From a virus (lineage: Duplodnaviria; Caudoviricetes): a stretch of 64,000 nucleotides of DNA. The notes below the pieces were generated by a model, which worked only from the letters and a program-made list of their open reading frames with translations, made no database searches and was not told the DNA's origin. The position numbers were made by a program, and so were the translations under genes. The stretch is from the IMG/VR virus record IMGVR_UViG_3300022723_000184, positions 64,001-128,000 of that record. One strand, written 5' to 3'. Positions 1 to 7,489 of the stretch are shown here, piece by piece (the stretch's first letter is position 1; each line of letters starts with the position of its first letter).

Positions 1-1
1 C

Positions 2-15
2 AAAAAGTACTTTTT
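2..15. repeat. AAAAAGTACTTTTT perfect 14-bp palindrome, copy 1
   Basis: Read directly; recurs at 25967 (one mismatch), 39642 and 61933. Confidence 0.9.
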
Positions 16-167
16 GGAATGAGAAGCAGGCCGCAGACTCGCCAGAGGCGGCGAGCTTGGCGGAAGAATACGCCCTCTATAAACTGGCAGCCCTCCACCG
101 TATCGCGGCCTATGATCAAGAGTTTCATTTGACAGGACGCTTTGCTCTGGCACAGAATTGTGTATGA
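3..167 (+). CDS. 3' end of an upstream gene truncated by the window edge (position fits a prohead protease or other head gene)
   Basis: Open frame from nt 3 reads KSTFWNEKQAADSPEAASLAEEYALYKLAALHRIAAYDQEFHLTGRFALAQNCV to TGA at 165-167. It contains the KQA motif seen in downstream head proteins. Function is inferred from position only. Confidence 0.55.
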   Translation, partial: KSTFWNEKQAADSPEAASLAEEYALYKLAALHRIAAYDQEFHLTGRFALAQNCV

Positions 168-238
168 TGTCCGGAACTCGTGGACACCGGCACAATCGCC
201 GCAGGCAAGGACGACCAAAAACGAGAAGGAGTCTCACC

Positions 239-1654
239 ATGAGCAGCGCCCAGGAGAGCATGCAGACCATCGAGAGCTTCCTCGATCAGGTCGGCGCTCA
301 ACCCGAGAAAAAGGCCGCCGAGGCCAACACCGAAGCCGGCGGTTACGACGGCGCTACCACCCACCCGGTGAAGGACGTCGACGACCGGACGGAGGACGCC
401 GACGAAGGCGCCCGCTCGTCCGAGAACTCCGAGGACACGAAGGACGACAAGATCGGCCCGGGCAAGCCCTCGGTCGACGCGACGTCCGAGGCCAAGGCCA
501 AGGTCGGTGCCGACGAGGGCACCGCGGCCAGCGACCAGACGCAGATCGGCACGAACAAGCAGCCGACCGGCGACGACCCCTCGAACGAGACGCAGGGCAC
601 CAAGCCCGGCAAGGAGGACGGTCAGTACGACGGTCCCTCCACCCACCCCGCCCGCACCGACAACAACGAGCTGGACGGTAACAAGTACTCGGCCGACCTC
701 TCGGGCATGTCGATCGCTCAGCTTGCCAAGGAGGCCGCGGATCTCGGCAACGAGATCTGCGCCGACATCGCCAACGAGGCCACCACGGCCAAACAGGCGA
801 TGGACAAGTGCCCCGGTTGCAAGGAAGACAAGGGTTCTTGCAAGTGCGGCATGTACGGCAAAGACAAGTACGACAAAAGCATGCACGGCAAAGACAAGTA
901 CGACAAAAGCATGCACGGCAAAGACGAGTACGACAAAGAGGCAGGCGATCAACTCTCGCAGCAGGTCGGCTGGGAGATGGCCGGCCTGGTGACCGGCAAC
1001 TTCGACAAGAAGGCCGCGGACTCGATGGTGCACAGCGCCCTCAAGGACGTGGTGAAGACGGCCAGCGACGACGCGGACAACGTTGTCGAGTACCTCTCGG
1101 CCTATGACCTAGCCGAAAAGGAGGCTGCGGAGAAAGCCGCGATGGGCGGCGATCCGCTGGGAGGTATGCCGGGCGGTGACGCCGGCGCCATTCCTCCCGA
1201 GGCCCTGGGCGCTGCGCCCGGAGCTGCGCCGGCCCTCGCTCCGGCTCCGGCTGGTCCCGAAGGCGGTGCTCCCGAAGGCGGTGCTCCCGAAGGCGGTGCT
1301 CCCGAGGGCGGTGCCCCTGAGGACGAAGCGGCCATGCTCGCCGCGGTCCTCGACGAACTGGGTGTGAGCCCGGAGGAGCTGGAAGCGGCCCTGGCCGCTC
1401 AGGGCGGCGGTGGCGGTCTCCCCGGTGCCGAGGCCCCCGCTGGCCCTGCTCCAGCGGGCGGTGAGGGCGACGAGGAAGCCGGTGCGATGGAGGCCCAGGC
1501 TTCGGCCGGCGCCACCAAGAAGGCCGGCGATCCGACCACCGAAGAGAAGAAGGCCGAGATGAAAAACTACATCTCGGAGATCGTCACCCGCTCCCGTCAG
1601 AAGCGGGCCGCGGACAAGGCGAAGAAGGACACGGAAGCCGCGAAGGGCTCCTGA
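239..1654 (+). CDS. acidic low-complexity head protein, probable scaffold/internal head protein (471 aa)
   Basis: AAGGAG RBS before ATG 239, GC-rich third positions, rich in D/E/A/G/P, many K-x-A motifs, upstream of decoration and capsid genes. Confidence 0.65.
   Translation: MSSAQESMQTIESFLDQVGAQPEKKAAEANTEAGGYDGATTHPVKDVDDRTEDADEGARSSENSEDTKDDKIGPGKPSVDATSEAKAKVGADEGTAASDQTQIGTNKQPTGDDPSNETQGTKPGKEDGQYDGPSTHPARTDNNELDGNKYSADLSGMSIAQLAKEAADLGNEICADIANEATTAKQAMDKCPGCKEDKGSCKCGMYGKDKYDKSMHGKDKYDKSMHGKDEYDKEAGDQLSQQVGWEMAGLVTGNFDKKAADSMVHSALKDVVKTASDDADNVVEYLSAYDLAEKEAAEKAAMGGDPLGGMPGGDAGAIPPEALGAAPGAAPALAPAPAGPEGGAPEGGAPEGGAPEGGAPEDEAAMLAAVLDELGVSPEELEAALAAQGGGGGLPGAEAPAGPAPAGGEGDEEAGAMEAQASAGATKKAGDPTTEEKKAEMKNYISEIVTRSRQKRAADKAKKDTEAAKGS
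851..940 (+). repeat. 3 x 30-bp in-frame tandem repeat (M[YH]GKD[KE]YDK[SE])
   Basis: Units at 851-880, 881-910 and 911-940 read directly. Confidence 0.95.
1256..1321 (+). repeat. 4+ x 15-bp in-frame tandem repeat (PEGGA)
   Basis: CCCGAAGGCGGTGCT units from 1256. Confidence 0.95.
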
Positions 1655-1715
1655 CCCTGCAGCGGATGAAGCAGCAACAGGAAACCCTTCGACTGCAAAG
1701 TCACGGAGGACTCAG

Positions 1716-2141
1716 ATGAACGCACAACTCGCCCAGAAGACGCTTCGTTTCGTGCAGCTCTCCAGCGAGCTGTCCAAGCGGGCGCTCGACGAGCGGAACC
1801 AGCTGACCGAAGATCGCGAGAAGGCGGCGGCCGGCCGGGACCAGCTCATCGGTTCGATGTTGGAGGCCGAGGCCATCAACGATAACCAGCAGACCAAGGT
1901 GGCCGAGATGCTCGGCTTCCATGATGGGACAACCAAGCTCCTCAAGTCGGCGATCGCCCGGATCGCTGAACTCAGCAAGACCCAGAAGCAGGCCGGTGAA
2001 CTCGGCGAAGGAGTCGATCCCTCCGTCGTGGATGGCTCGCCCAAGGAGGCCGCGGTGAACGACAACTACGTCGGCGCCCGGTCGTCCGAGAAGCGGGCGT
2101 CGGACCGGGCACTTCTCGAAGGCCTCGGCCTCGGGGGGTAA
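1716..2141 (+). CDS. small coiled-coil head protein, probable scaffold-like (141 aa)
   Basis: GGAGG RBS, helical/coiled-coil composition, six K-x-A motifs, directly upstream of decoration and MCP genes. Confidence 0.55.
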   Translation: MNAQLAQKTLRFVQLSSELSKRALDERNQLTEDREKAAAGRDQLIGSMLEAEAINDNQQTKVAEMLGFHDGTTKLLKSAIARIAELSKTQKQAGELGEGVDPSVVDGSPKEAAVNDNYVGARSSEKRASDRALLEGLGLGG

Positions 2142-2158
2142 CCCTAGATCGTGACGGC

Positions 2159-2178
2159 CCCGCGGTGTATACTGCGGG
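2159..2178 (+). promoter_or_regulatory. -10-like TATACT (2168-2173) inside inverted repeat CCCGCGG/CTGCGGG
   Basis: Intergenic, upstream of the decoration-MCP genes; no convincing TTGACA. Confidence 0.5.
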
Positions 2179-2242
2179 AGCCATTTAGGAACGGATTTCC
2201 TTGGGGCTGAAGCAGCCCTGAAAGACTCACGGAGGACACACG

Positions 2243-2782
2243 ATGGCAGCTCCTCGCCAAATGACCGCCCACACGCTCGACGCTCTCAAGGGTTGGCCGG
2301 CGCCGCACGCGCTGGACTTCGCTGCGGAGCTGAGCGAGTCGATTCCCGGCGCCAACCTTCCCGTACTCTCGGGCACGGTGGTCCGCCTCAACGCGTCCGG
2401 CAAGTTCGAGCTGGGCGTCGGCACCAGCTCGGTGATGCCGCTGTTCCTGTTCAGCAACAGCGACGACCCGGACGTCGAGAATGACGGCGGCGACGCTTCG
2501 ACCGACAAGGGTGTCTTCGTCCCGATCACGCCGTCGGGCAAGGCCATGGCCCTCGTGGCCACGGGCGCCTACGAGCTGACGAGCACCGAGTTCGTCGCCG
2601 ACACGTACGCCCCGAACGACGCGCTGACCGCGGCCACGGCCGGCGGCAACGCCGGCAAGCTCGCCAAGGGCACGATGTACACCGACATGATCGTCGGCAT
2701 CGTTTCCCGCGGTCAGGTCGACAACGGATACGGCACCGACGCCCTGGCGTTCTGGCCGCACCCGGTCTTCCCGACCCCGTAA
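2243..2782 (+). CDS. capsid decoration/cement protein (179 aa)
   Basis: GGAGG RBS, beta-rich G/A/T composition, size and position immediately 5' of the MCP typical of decoration proteins. Confidence 0.65.
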   Translation: MAAPRQMTAHTLDALKGWPAPHALDFAAELSESIPGANLPVLSGTVVRLNASGKFELGVGTSSVMPLFLFSNSDDPDVENDGGDASTDKGVFVPITPSGKAMALVATGAYELTSTEFVADTYAPNDALTAATAGGNAGKLAKGTMYTDMIVGIVSRGQVDNGYGTDALAFWPHPVFPTP

Positions 2783-2787
2783 ACCCT

Positions 2788-2813
2788 GGACTGACCCCGT
2801 AGTGGGTCAGTCC
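2788..2813 (+). promoter_or_regulatory. perfect 10-bp hairpin GGACTGACCC/GGGTCAGTCC without U-tract (likely mRNA stabiliser or processing site)
   Basis: Read directly between the decoration and MCP genes. Confidence 0.6.
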
Positions 2814-2853
2814 CGCACGGACGTACCCACAGAAGATCACGGAGGACACTTCG

Positions 2854-3792
2854 ATGTCGATCACCACCCAAGAGGAGAGCAAGCTCCTCAACGAGACGCT
2901 CTTCGAGAAGCTGTCGTCCCGCGACCCCGTGCTGGAGAAGCAGGCCGTCGACGCGGTCAACGACTTCACCCGCACGAAGATGCGTGAAGACGGCTTCTTC
3001 CGTCGGATCATGCCGCCGCTACCCATCTCGAACGACGAGCTGGACCGCCAGGTGGACACCGACAAGCCCGTGAAGGTCGTGGACAAGGAGCCGGACAGCC
3101 CGGCGGCCATCTCCATCCCCTTCGCCACCCTGCCCCAGAACCTCTACATCCGAGGCCCCCGGTACAAGGTGACGTTCGACCGCATCGTCACCCCTCGGTT
3201 CACCAAGGACGTAGACGAGCTGCGCACCTGGATCATGGACATTCGCCAAGTCCTTTCAGACAATGCAATTAAGGACATGTTGGCGGAAGAGGACGGTAAG
3301 TTCATGACCGCGGTGAACACCGCGATCGTGGGTGCCGGCCTTACGGTCCCGACCTCGGGCACCGTGCAGCACGAGGTGATCGCCGGTGGCATCACCCGCG
3401 ACACGCTGTTCGACGGCCTGAAGATCATGCCCAACACGCCCTCCAACCTGGAGGTGCACACGGTCCTGATCAACCACATCACCATCAAGGACGTGGCGAA
3501 GTTCAGCCGCAACGAGATGGGTGGTGACCTGTCGCAGGACATCATGCGGCAGGGTTGGACCCTGCAGGAGTTCCAGGGCAAGCAGTGGATCATCACGATC
3601 AAGAAGGGTCTGGTGCCCACCAACACACTGTACTACTTCGCCGATCCGAAGTTCATCGGCAAGTTCTACGTGCTGGAGGACACGACCATGTACATTCGCC
3701 GCGAGGCCTACATGCTGGAGTTCTTCGCGTACGAGACCATCGGCGCGACGATCGGCCACACCAGCGGCATCGCTCGGGCGGACTACGTCTGA
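2854..3792 (+). CDS. major capsid protein, HK97-fold, encapsulin/linocin-like size (312 aa)
   Basis: GGAGG RBS, strongest codon bias in the region, follows scaffold and decoration genes, followed by an intrinsic terminator; C-terminal ...EFFAYETIGATIGHTSGIARADYV resembles HK97 P-domain ends. Confidence 0.8.
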   Translation: MSITTQEESKLLNETLFEKLSSRDPVLEKQAVDAVNDFTRTKMREDGFFRRIMPPLPISNDELDRQVDTDKPVKVVDKEPDSPAAISIPFATLPQNLYIRGPRYKVTFDRIVTPRFTKDVDELRTWIMDIRQVLSDNAIKDMLAEEDGKFMTAVNTAIVGAGLTVPTSGTVQHEVIAGGITRDTLFDGLKIMPNTPSNLEVHTVLINHITIKDVAKFSRNEMGGDLSQDIMRQGWTLQEFQGKQWIITIKKGLVPTNTLYYFADPKFIGKFYVLEDTTMYIRREAYMLEFFAYETIGATIGHTSGIARADYV

Positions 3793-3814
3793 GCCCTGAT
3801 CAGCTGAACCGATG

Positions 3815-3846
3815 AGGGGCCTGGTCCTCGGGCCGGGTCCCTTTTT
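3815..3846 (+). terminator. intrinsic terminator after MCP
   Basis: 12-bp stem AGGGGCCTGGTC/GGCCGGGTCCCT with G-U pairs, loop CTCG, then T-tract. Confidence 0.8.
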
Positions 3847-3856
3847 CACGAACCGG

Positions 3857-3883
3857 GCCAGCCCGCCGGCTAAAAGGCGGGAC
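3857..3883 (+). promoter_or_regulatory. conserved hairpin motif copy 1: GCCAG-CCCGCC-GGCTAAAA-GGCGGG-AC
   Basis: Perfect 6-bp stem; same flanks and loop start as copies at 8759, 36881, 37895, 60139(-) and 61952. Confidence 0.75.
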
Positions 3884-3899
3884 CACGAAGGGAAGACCC

Positions 3900-4340
3900 A
3901 TGAGCGACCAGACCAAGCAAGCTGAGACGGCGTCGCTGCCCTCCCCGGAGGACGCGTACAACCACCTGCTCGGCAACGTCCACTCGCAGGTATTCTTCGG
4001 CAAGCTCGCCCAGGTCGGCATCCATCCCCAGACGGAGAAGGAAGCCAACGACCTGTTGGAGCTGGCCGGTAAGCTGCGGCTCGTCAACGACGACCCCGCG
4101 GTGAAGCAGGCTGCCGAAGCGGACAGCAAGTACGCCAAGGCCAACGCCGCCCTCGACGAGCTGTTCGGTAAGAGCGGCGCCATGAAGCAGGCCAGCGCCC
4201 AGGAGCAGGACGTCGCCCTCGACCAGGCTGCCCGCACCCTGGCCCAGGATCCCCAGATCTACAACTCCGTGCTGAGCATCAAGGCGGCCCAGGCCGAGGA
4301 GATCGCGAAGCAGCTGGGGCTCGGGCAGGACGCGGCCTGA
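3900..4340 (+). CDS. hypothetical head-associated protein (146 aa)
   Basis: Clean ORF with RBS; five K-x-A motifs like the scaffold proteins. Confidence 0.6.
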   Translation: MSDQTKQAETASLPSPEDAYNHLLGNVHSQVFFGKLAQVGIHPQTEKEANDLLELAGKLRLVNDDPAVKQAAEADSKYAKANAALDELFGKSGAMKQASAQEQDVALDQAARTLAQDPQIYNSVLSIKAAQAEEIAKQLGLGQDAA

Positions 4341-4396
4341 ATCTGAGCGAATCCGGACCGATCTAATCGGCCCGCATCCACGGAAGGAACACGACC

Positions 4397-4744
4397 ATGA
4401 GCGATTTCACGTTCGACATGAGCTGCCTCTTCTCGACCGTCAAGAACAACAGCGGTCAGAAGCGGAAGTTTGGCTTCCTGCCGCCGCACGGCCGGGAGCT
4501 GGACGTCGACGAGGAGTTCACCTTGTTCGGCCACGTCACCGAGGCGATGATCGCCTTCGAGCGTGTGACCAACAAGCGGAGCATCGACGCCCTTCAGCGC
4601 TCGCTGGACAGCGGCGACCTCCTGATCCTCAGCACACCGAACCCGGTCCTGCAGGACGTCACGACGGCCGCCGTCCAGATGATCCAGCTCGACAACGGTT
4701 CGCTGACCGTCGTCGACCCATGCTGGAAGGTCTCTGCCTCCTGA
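4397..4744 (+). CDS. hypothetical virion protein, paralogue of 5471-5842 (115 aa)
   Basis: Shares STVKN.SG...FGFLPPHGRELDVDEE and TPNP..QD...A.VQM...DNGS with the downstream ORF; ends VSAS. Confidence 0.7.
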   Translation: MSDFTFDMSCLFSTVKNNSGQKRKFGFLPPHGRELDVDEEFTLFGHVTEAMIAFERVTNKRSIDALQRSLDSGDLLILSTPNPVLQDVTTAAVQMIQLDNGSLTVVDPCWKVSAS

Positions 4745-4777
4745 GCGGCTGCCTGACGGCGACACATCGACACCAAG

Positions 4778-4810
4778 ACGGCCCGCAGGGATACCCTGTG
4801 GGCCGTTTTT
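4778..4810 (+). terminator. intrinsic terminator
   Basis: 13-bp stem ACGGCCCGCAGGG/CCCTGTGGGCCGT, loop ATA, then TTTT. Confidence 0.8.
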
Positions 4811-4830
4811 CGTAGGCCAGGGAGGGCGCT

Positions 4831-5409
4831 ATGACCGTCGAGGAAAAAAACGAGAAGAAGGGCAAGATGAGTCCGTTCGCCAAGGTCTGTGTCTACATCG
4901 TCACGGCCATAACCCCGGTCGCCGGAACCGCCGTGGTCAACTTCATCCGCGACCTGGATCAGCGGGTCGAGGACGTGGAGAAGACCCAGACCGCGGCGTT
5001 TCACACGATCTACGAGAACGAGACGATCAACCAGCGGCAGTGGGAGATTCTTGGGGCGGTCCGCACCAACTCCGAGGCCAACAGGCGTGTGCTGGACCTG
5101 TACAACCTGCTGCTGGTCAGCGACCAGATCGACATTGAGAAGCTGTCGGAGGCCATGGCCGTGGTCCGGGCGATCGAGCAGTCCGGGCTCTCAGAGGCCG
5201 AGATCAAAACGGCACTCCACACGCTGCAACGGCTCAAGTCGCTCAACCCGTTCGGACACAACGCCCCGAAGCCCGCGGTGCTCCCCACGCTACCGGCGCC
5301 GGTCCCCGTGCCCAACGTCCAGCAGCAGCAATCCACCCGCCCAGATCTCCTGTCGCCCGAGGAGCTTCAGCGGTACATCGAGCAAAAGAAGGGCGGCGTC
5401 AAGAAGTAG
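4831..5409 (+). CDS. single-pass membrane protein with coiled coil and Pro/Gln-rich tail (possibly lysis-related)
   Basis: Basic N-terminus, hydrophobic VCVYIVTAITPVAGTAVVNFI, then coiled-coil; lysis role is a guess. Confidence 0.5.
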   Translation: MTVEEKNEKKGKMSPFAKVCVYIVTAITPVAGTAVVNFIRDLDQRVEDVEKTQTAAFHTIYENETINQRQWEILGAVRTNSEANRRVLDLYNLLLVSDQIDIEKLSEAMAVVRAIEQSGLSEAEIKTALHTLQRLKSLNPFGHNAPKPAVLPTLPAPVPVPNVQQQQSTRPDLLSPEELQRYIEQKKGGVKK

Positions 5410-5414
5410 GTTTA

Positions 5415-5423
5415 TGCTATACT
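5415..5423 (+). promoter_or_regulatory. extended -10 TG-C-TATACT
   Basis: Intergenic; lies within inverted repeat AAGAAGTA(5401)/TACTTCTT(5420). Confidence 0.5.
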
Positions 5424-5470
5424 TCTTTCGGCTGCAGGGATGTAGCATGCTCACCGGATGGATCTGTTGT

Positions 5471-5842
5471 ATGAGCACCATCTGTCTTTACTCAACCGTC
5501 AAAAACACGTCCGGCATCCGGATGCGGTTTGGCTTCTTGCCTCCGCACGGCCGGGAGCTGGACGTCGACGAGGAACTGTCGATCTTCGGGTTCGTGGCTG
5601 AGCTGCTGGACGCCCAGGGGGCCAAGGCCTTCCAGCGGGCGATCGACGCCGGCTACCTGGAGATCCTCGATACCCCGAACCCCATCGTCCAGGACGCTGC
5701 GACGGCCGTCGTCCAGATGGTGCGGACCGACAACGGTTCGATCACCGTGGCCGACACCTGCTGGGGCGTTACCGCCAACCTGGTGACCGAGGACGACGAG
5801 GAGCTGTTGACCGAGGGCGATGACGAGATTGTCGTCGAGTAA
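5471..5842 (+). CDS. hypothetical virion protein, paralogue of 4397-4744 with acidic LVTEDDEELLTEGDDEIVVE tail (start uncertain, 5447 or 5471)
   Basis: Alignment by eye to 4397-4744. Confidence 0.65.
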   Translation: MSTICLYSTVKNTSGIRMRFGFLPPHGRELDVDEELSIFGFVAELLDAQGAKAFQRAIDAGYLEILDTPNPIVQDAATAVVQMVRTDNGSITVADTCWGVTANLVTEDDEELLTEGDDEIVVE

Positions 5843-5859
5843 GCAAGGAGGCTTATCCC

Positions 5860-7107
5860 GTGGCCGATCAAGTGAAGATTTCAGCGTTGCCCGCCGCCAC
5901 CACGCCGCTCGCCGGTACGGAGGAGGCGGTCATCGTCCAGGGCGGACAGTCCCGCAGGGTCGCGGTCAGCGAGTTCGCTGGCTCGGTCGCCGTGTTCGGT
6001 CAGGGCAGCGACGGCCTGGTACCCGGTCCGTCGTCCGGCGACGTGTCCGCCAACCGGCTGCTCCAAGCTGACGGTAGCTGGGTGGACCCGCCGACCACTT
6101 TCTCCCAGGACGTCGCGGGCCTGGTCCCCGGACCGACGGCGAGTGACGTCTCGAACAATCGACTGTTGCAGGCCAACGGCGCCTGGGTCGACCCTCCGTC
6201 CGGCGGCGGCATGAACCAGGCCGGCGCCGGTACGTTCAGTGTCACAGGTACCGGCGCCAACGCCGGAGGTCGATGCGACTCGGGCACGGTGACGGTCGAC
6301 GGCAGCGGCGCGCTGTTCAGCGGTTACAAGGCCGGCCCGGCGACGCTGAACGTGAGCGGCGAGGGCGCCACGGTGCTCGGCCTGATTGTGAGCGGCACCG
6401 TTGACTTGGACGCCGACGGCACGTTCGCGATGACGTATCACCTGGACGGCTCGCTGACCAACCCGAACGGGAACACCGGCGCGTCGTTCATGGGCCACAT
6501 GCAGGGCTCCTCGACGGCCGTCGTGCTACAGGGCGACGGCACCTCGGTCCGAGGCCACTTCACCGGCGGCACGGTCACGGTCAGCGGCTCCGGCGCCCGA
6601 TTCCGCGGTCGCTCGATCACGAGCGGCACTTGCACGGTGAGCGGCAGCGCGGCCGTGTTCGATGGGCTCACGCAGAACGGCGCGACCACCACTCTCAGCA
6701 GTGACGTGGCCCGGTTTGAGGGAGCCAACGTCGGCGGCACGGTGCTCGTTGATTCGACTGCGGCCAAGGCGTCGGGCTACTTGGACAATGCGAGTGCCGT
6801 GATGAATTCGACGGGGCTCGCATCGTTTGTGCATGCGTACATCCCCGGCGCCGGCACGGCCGAGGCTACCGCAAACGGCTCGTGGCAAATCGGTATCGGG
6901 TCCTGCACGGTTGCAAACGCTTTCCAGTTGGGTGCCGGTGTGTTGCACTGTCGATTTGAAGCCGGTAGCGAGACGTTCGCGATGTTCGGGGCAACTCCGG
7001 TGGCACAACAGAGCGATCCAGCCAGTCCGGCGGCCGATACCGGCGAGCTTAAGACGGCTGTCGACGCTCTCCGAACCATCATGCTCAACTACGGCATGAC
7101 GGCCTGA
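5860..7107 (+). CDS. fibre protein (probable head/neck fibre), 415 aa
   Basis: N-terminal KISALPAA adaptor, two GLVPGP.S.DVS.NRLLQA.G.WVDPP repeats, Gly/Ser/Thr beta-repeats, C-terminal MFGATPVAQQ...VDALRTIMLNYGMTA end of a type common in trimeric phage fibres. Confidence 0.6.
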   Translation: MADQVKISALPAATTPLAGTEEAVIVQGGQSRRVAVSEFAGSVAVFGQGSDGLVPGPSSGDVSANRLLQADGSWVDPPTTFSQDVAGLVPGPTASDVSNNRLLQANGAWVDPPSGGGMNQAGAGTFSVTGTGANAGGRCDSGTVTVDGSGALFSGYKAGPATLNVSGEGATVLGLIVSGTVDLDADGTFAMTYHLDGSLTNPNGNTGASFMGHMQGSSTAVVLQGDGTSVRGHFTGGTVTVSGSGARFRGRSITSGTCTVSGSAAVFDGLTQNGATTTLSSDVARFEGANVGGTVLVDSTAAKASGYLDNASAVMNSTGLASFVHAYIPGAGTAEATANGSWQIGIGSCTVANAFQLGAGVLHCRFEAGSETFAMFGATPVAQQSDPASPAADTGELKTAVDALRTIMLNYGMTA

Positions 7108-7149
7108 TGTCTGTTGGATTGTGTTAACCCATTCGGGTAACATCTCGGC

Positions 7150-7470
7150 ATGAACATCAACTTCGACCTTGAGGTCAAACGGCTGTCCGGGGCACCGTTC
7201 CTGGACGGAGGTGCGGCGAAAGAGGGGGAGGAAGCTCCCCCGCTCTTGCTGAAGAACGGCGTGGTCAACTGCCTGTTGGAACCGCAGCAGGCCGATGCCT
7301 CAGCCAAGGGTGCGACCAAGCTCGAACTCTACGAGCTGGCCCGCAAGATTTCGGCGGGCGGCGAGGTCGACCTGTCGGCCGAGGAGATCACCAAGGTCCG
7401 TGAGCGGGTGCAGGCCAGCTCGTACGGCATCGAGGTGATCGGCGCGATCTGCGACATGGTCAAGGCGTAG
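7150..7470 (+). CDS. small fibre-associated chaperone-like protein (106 aa)
   Basis: YELARKI...EVDLSAEEITKVRERV pattern common in small genes that follow phage fibres. Confidence 0.5.
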   Translation: MNINFDLEVKRLSGAPFLDGGAAKEGEEAPPLLLKNGVVNCLLEPQQADASAKGATKLELYELARKISAGGEVDLSAEEITKVRERVQASSYGIEVIGAICDMVKA

Positions 7471-7489
7471 ATGGAGGAGGGCGGTACAG

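Noticed and set aside
851-1321. Tandem repeats as a possible CRISPR or iteron array
   Set aside because: Contiguous, in-frame, with no unique spacers; they encode peptide repeats.
2854-3792. Encapsulin nanocompartment or eCIS/tailocin interpretation
   Set aside because: Scaffold, decoration, neck, sheath, tube, tape measure and baseplate genes together indicate a complete myovirus virion.
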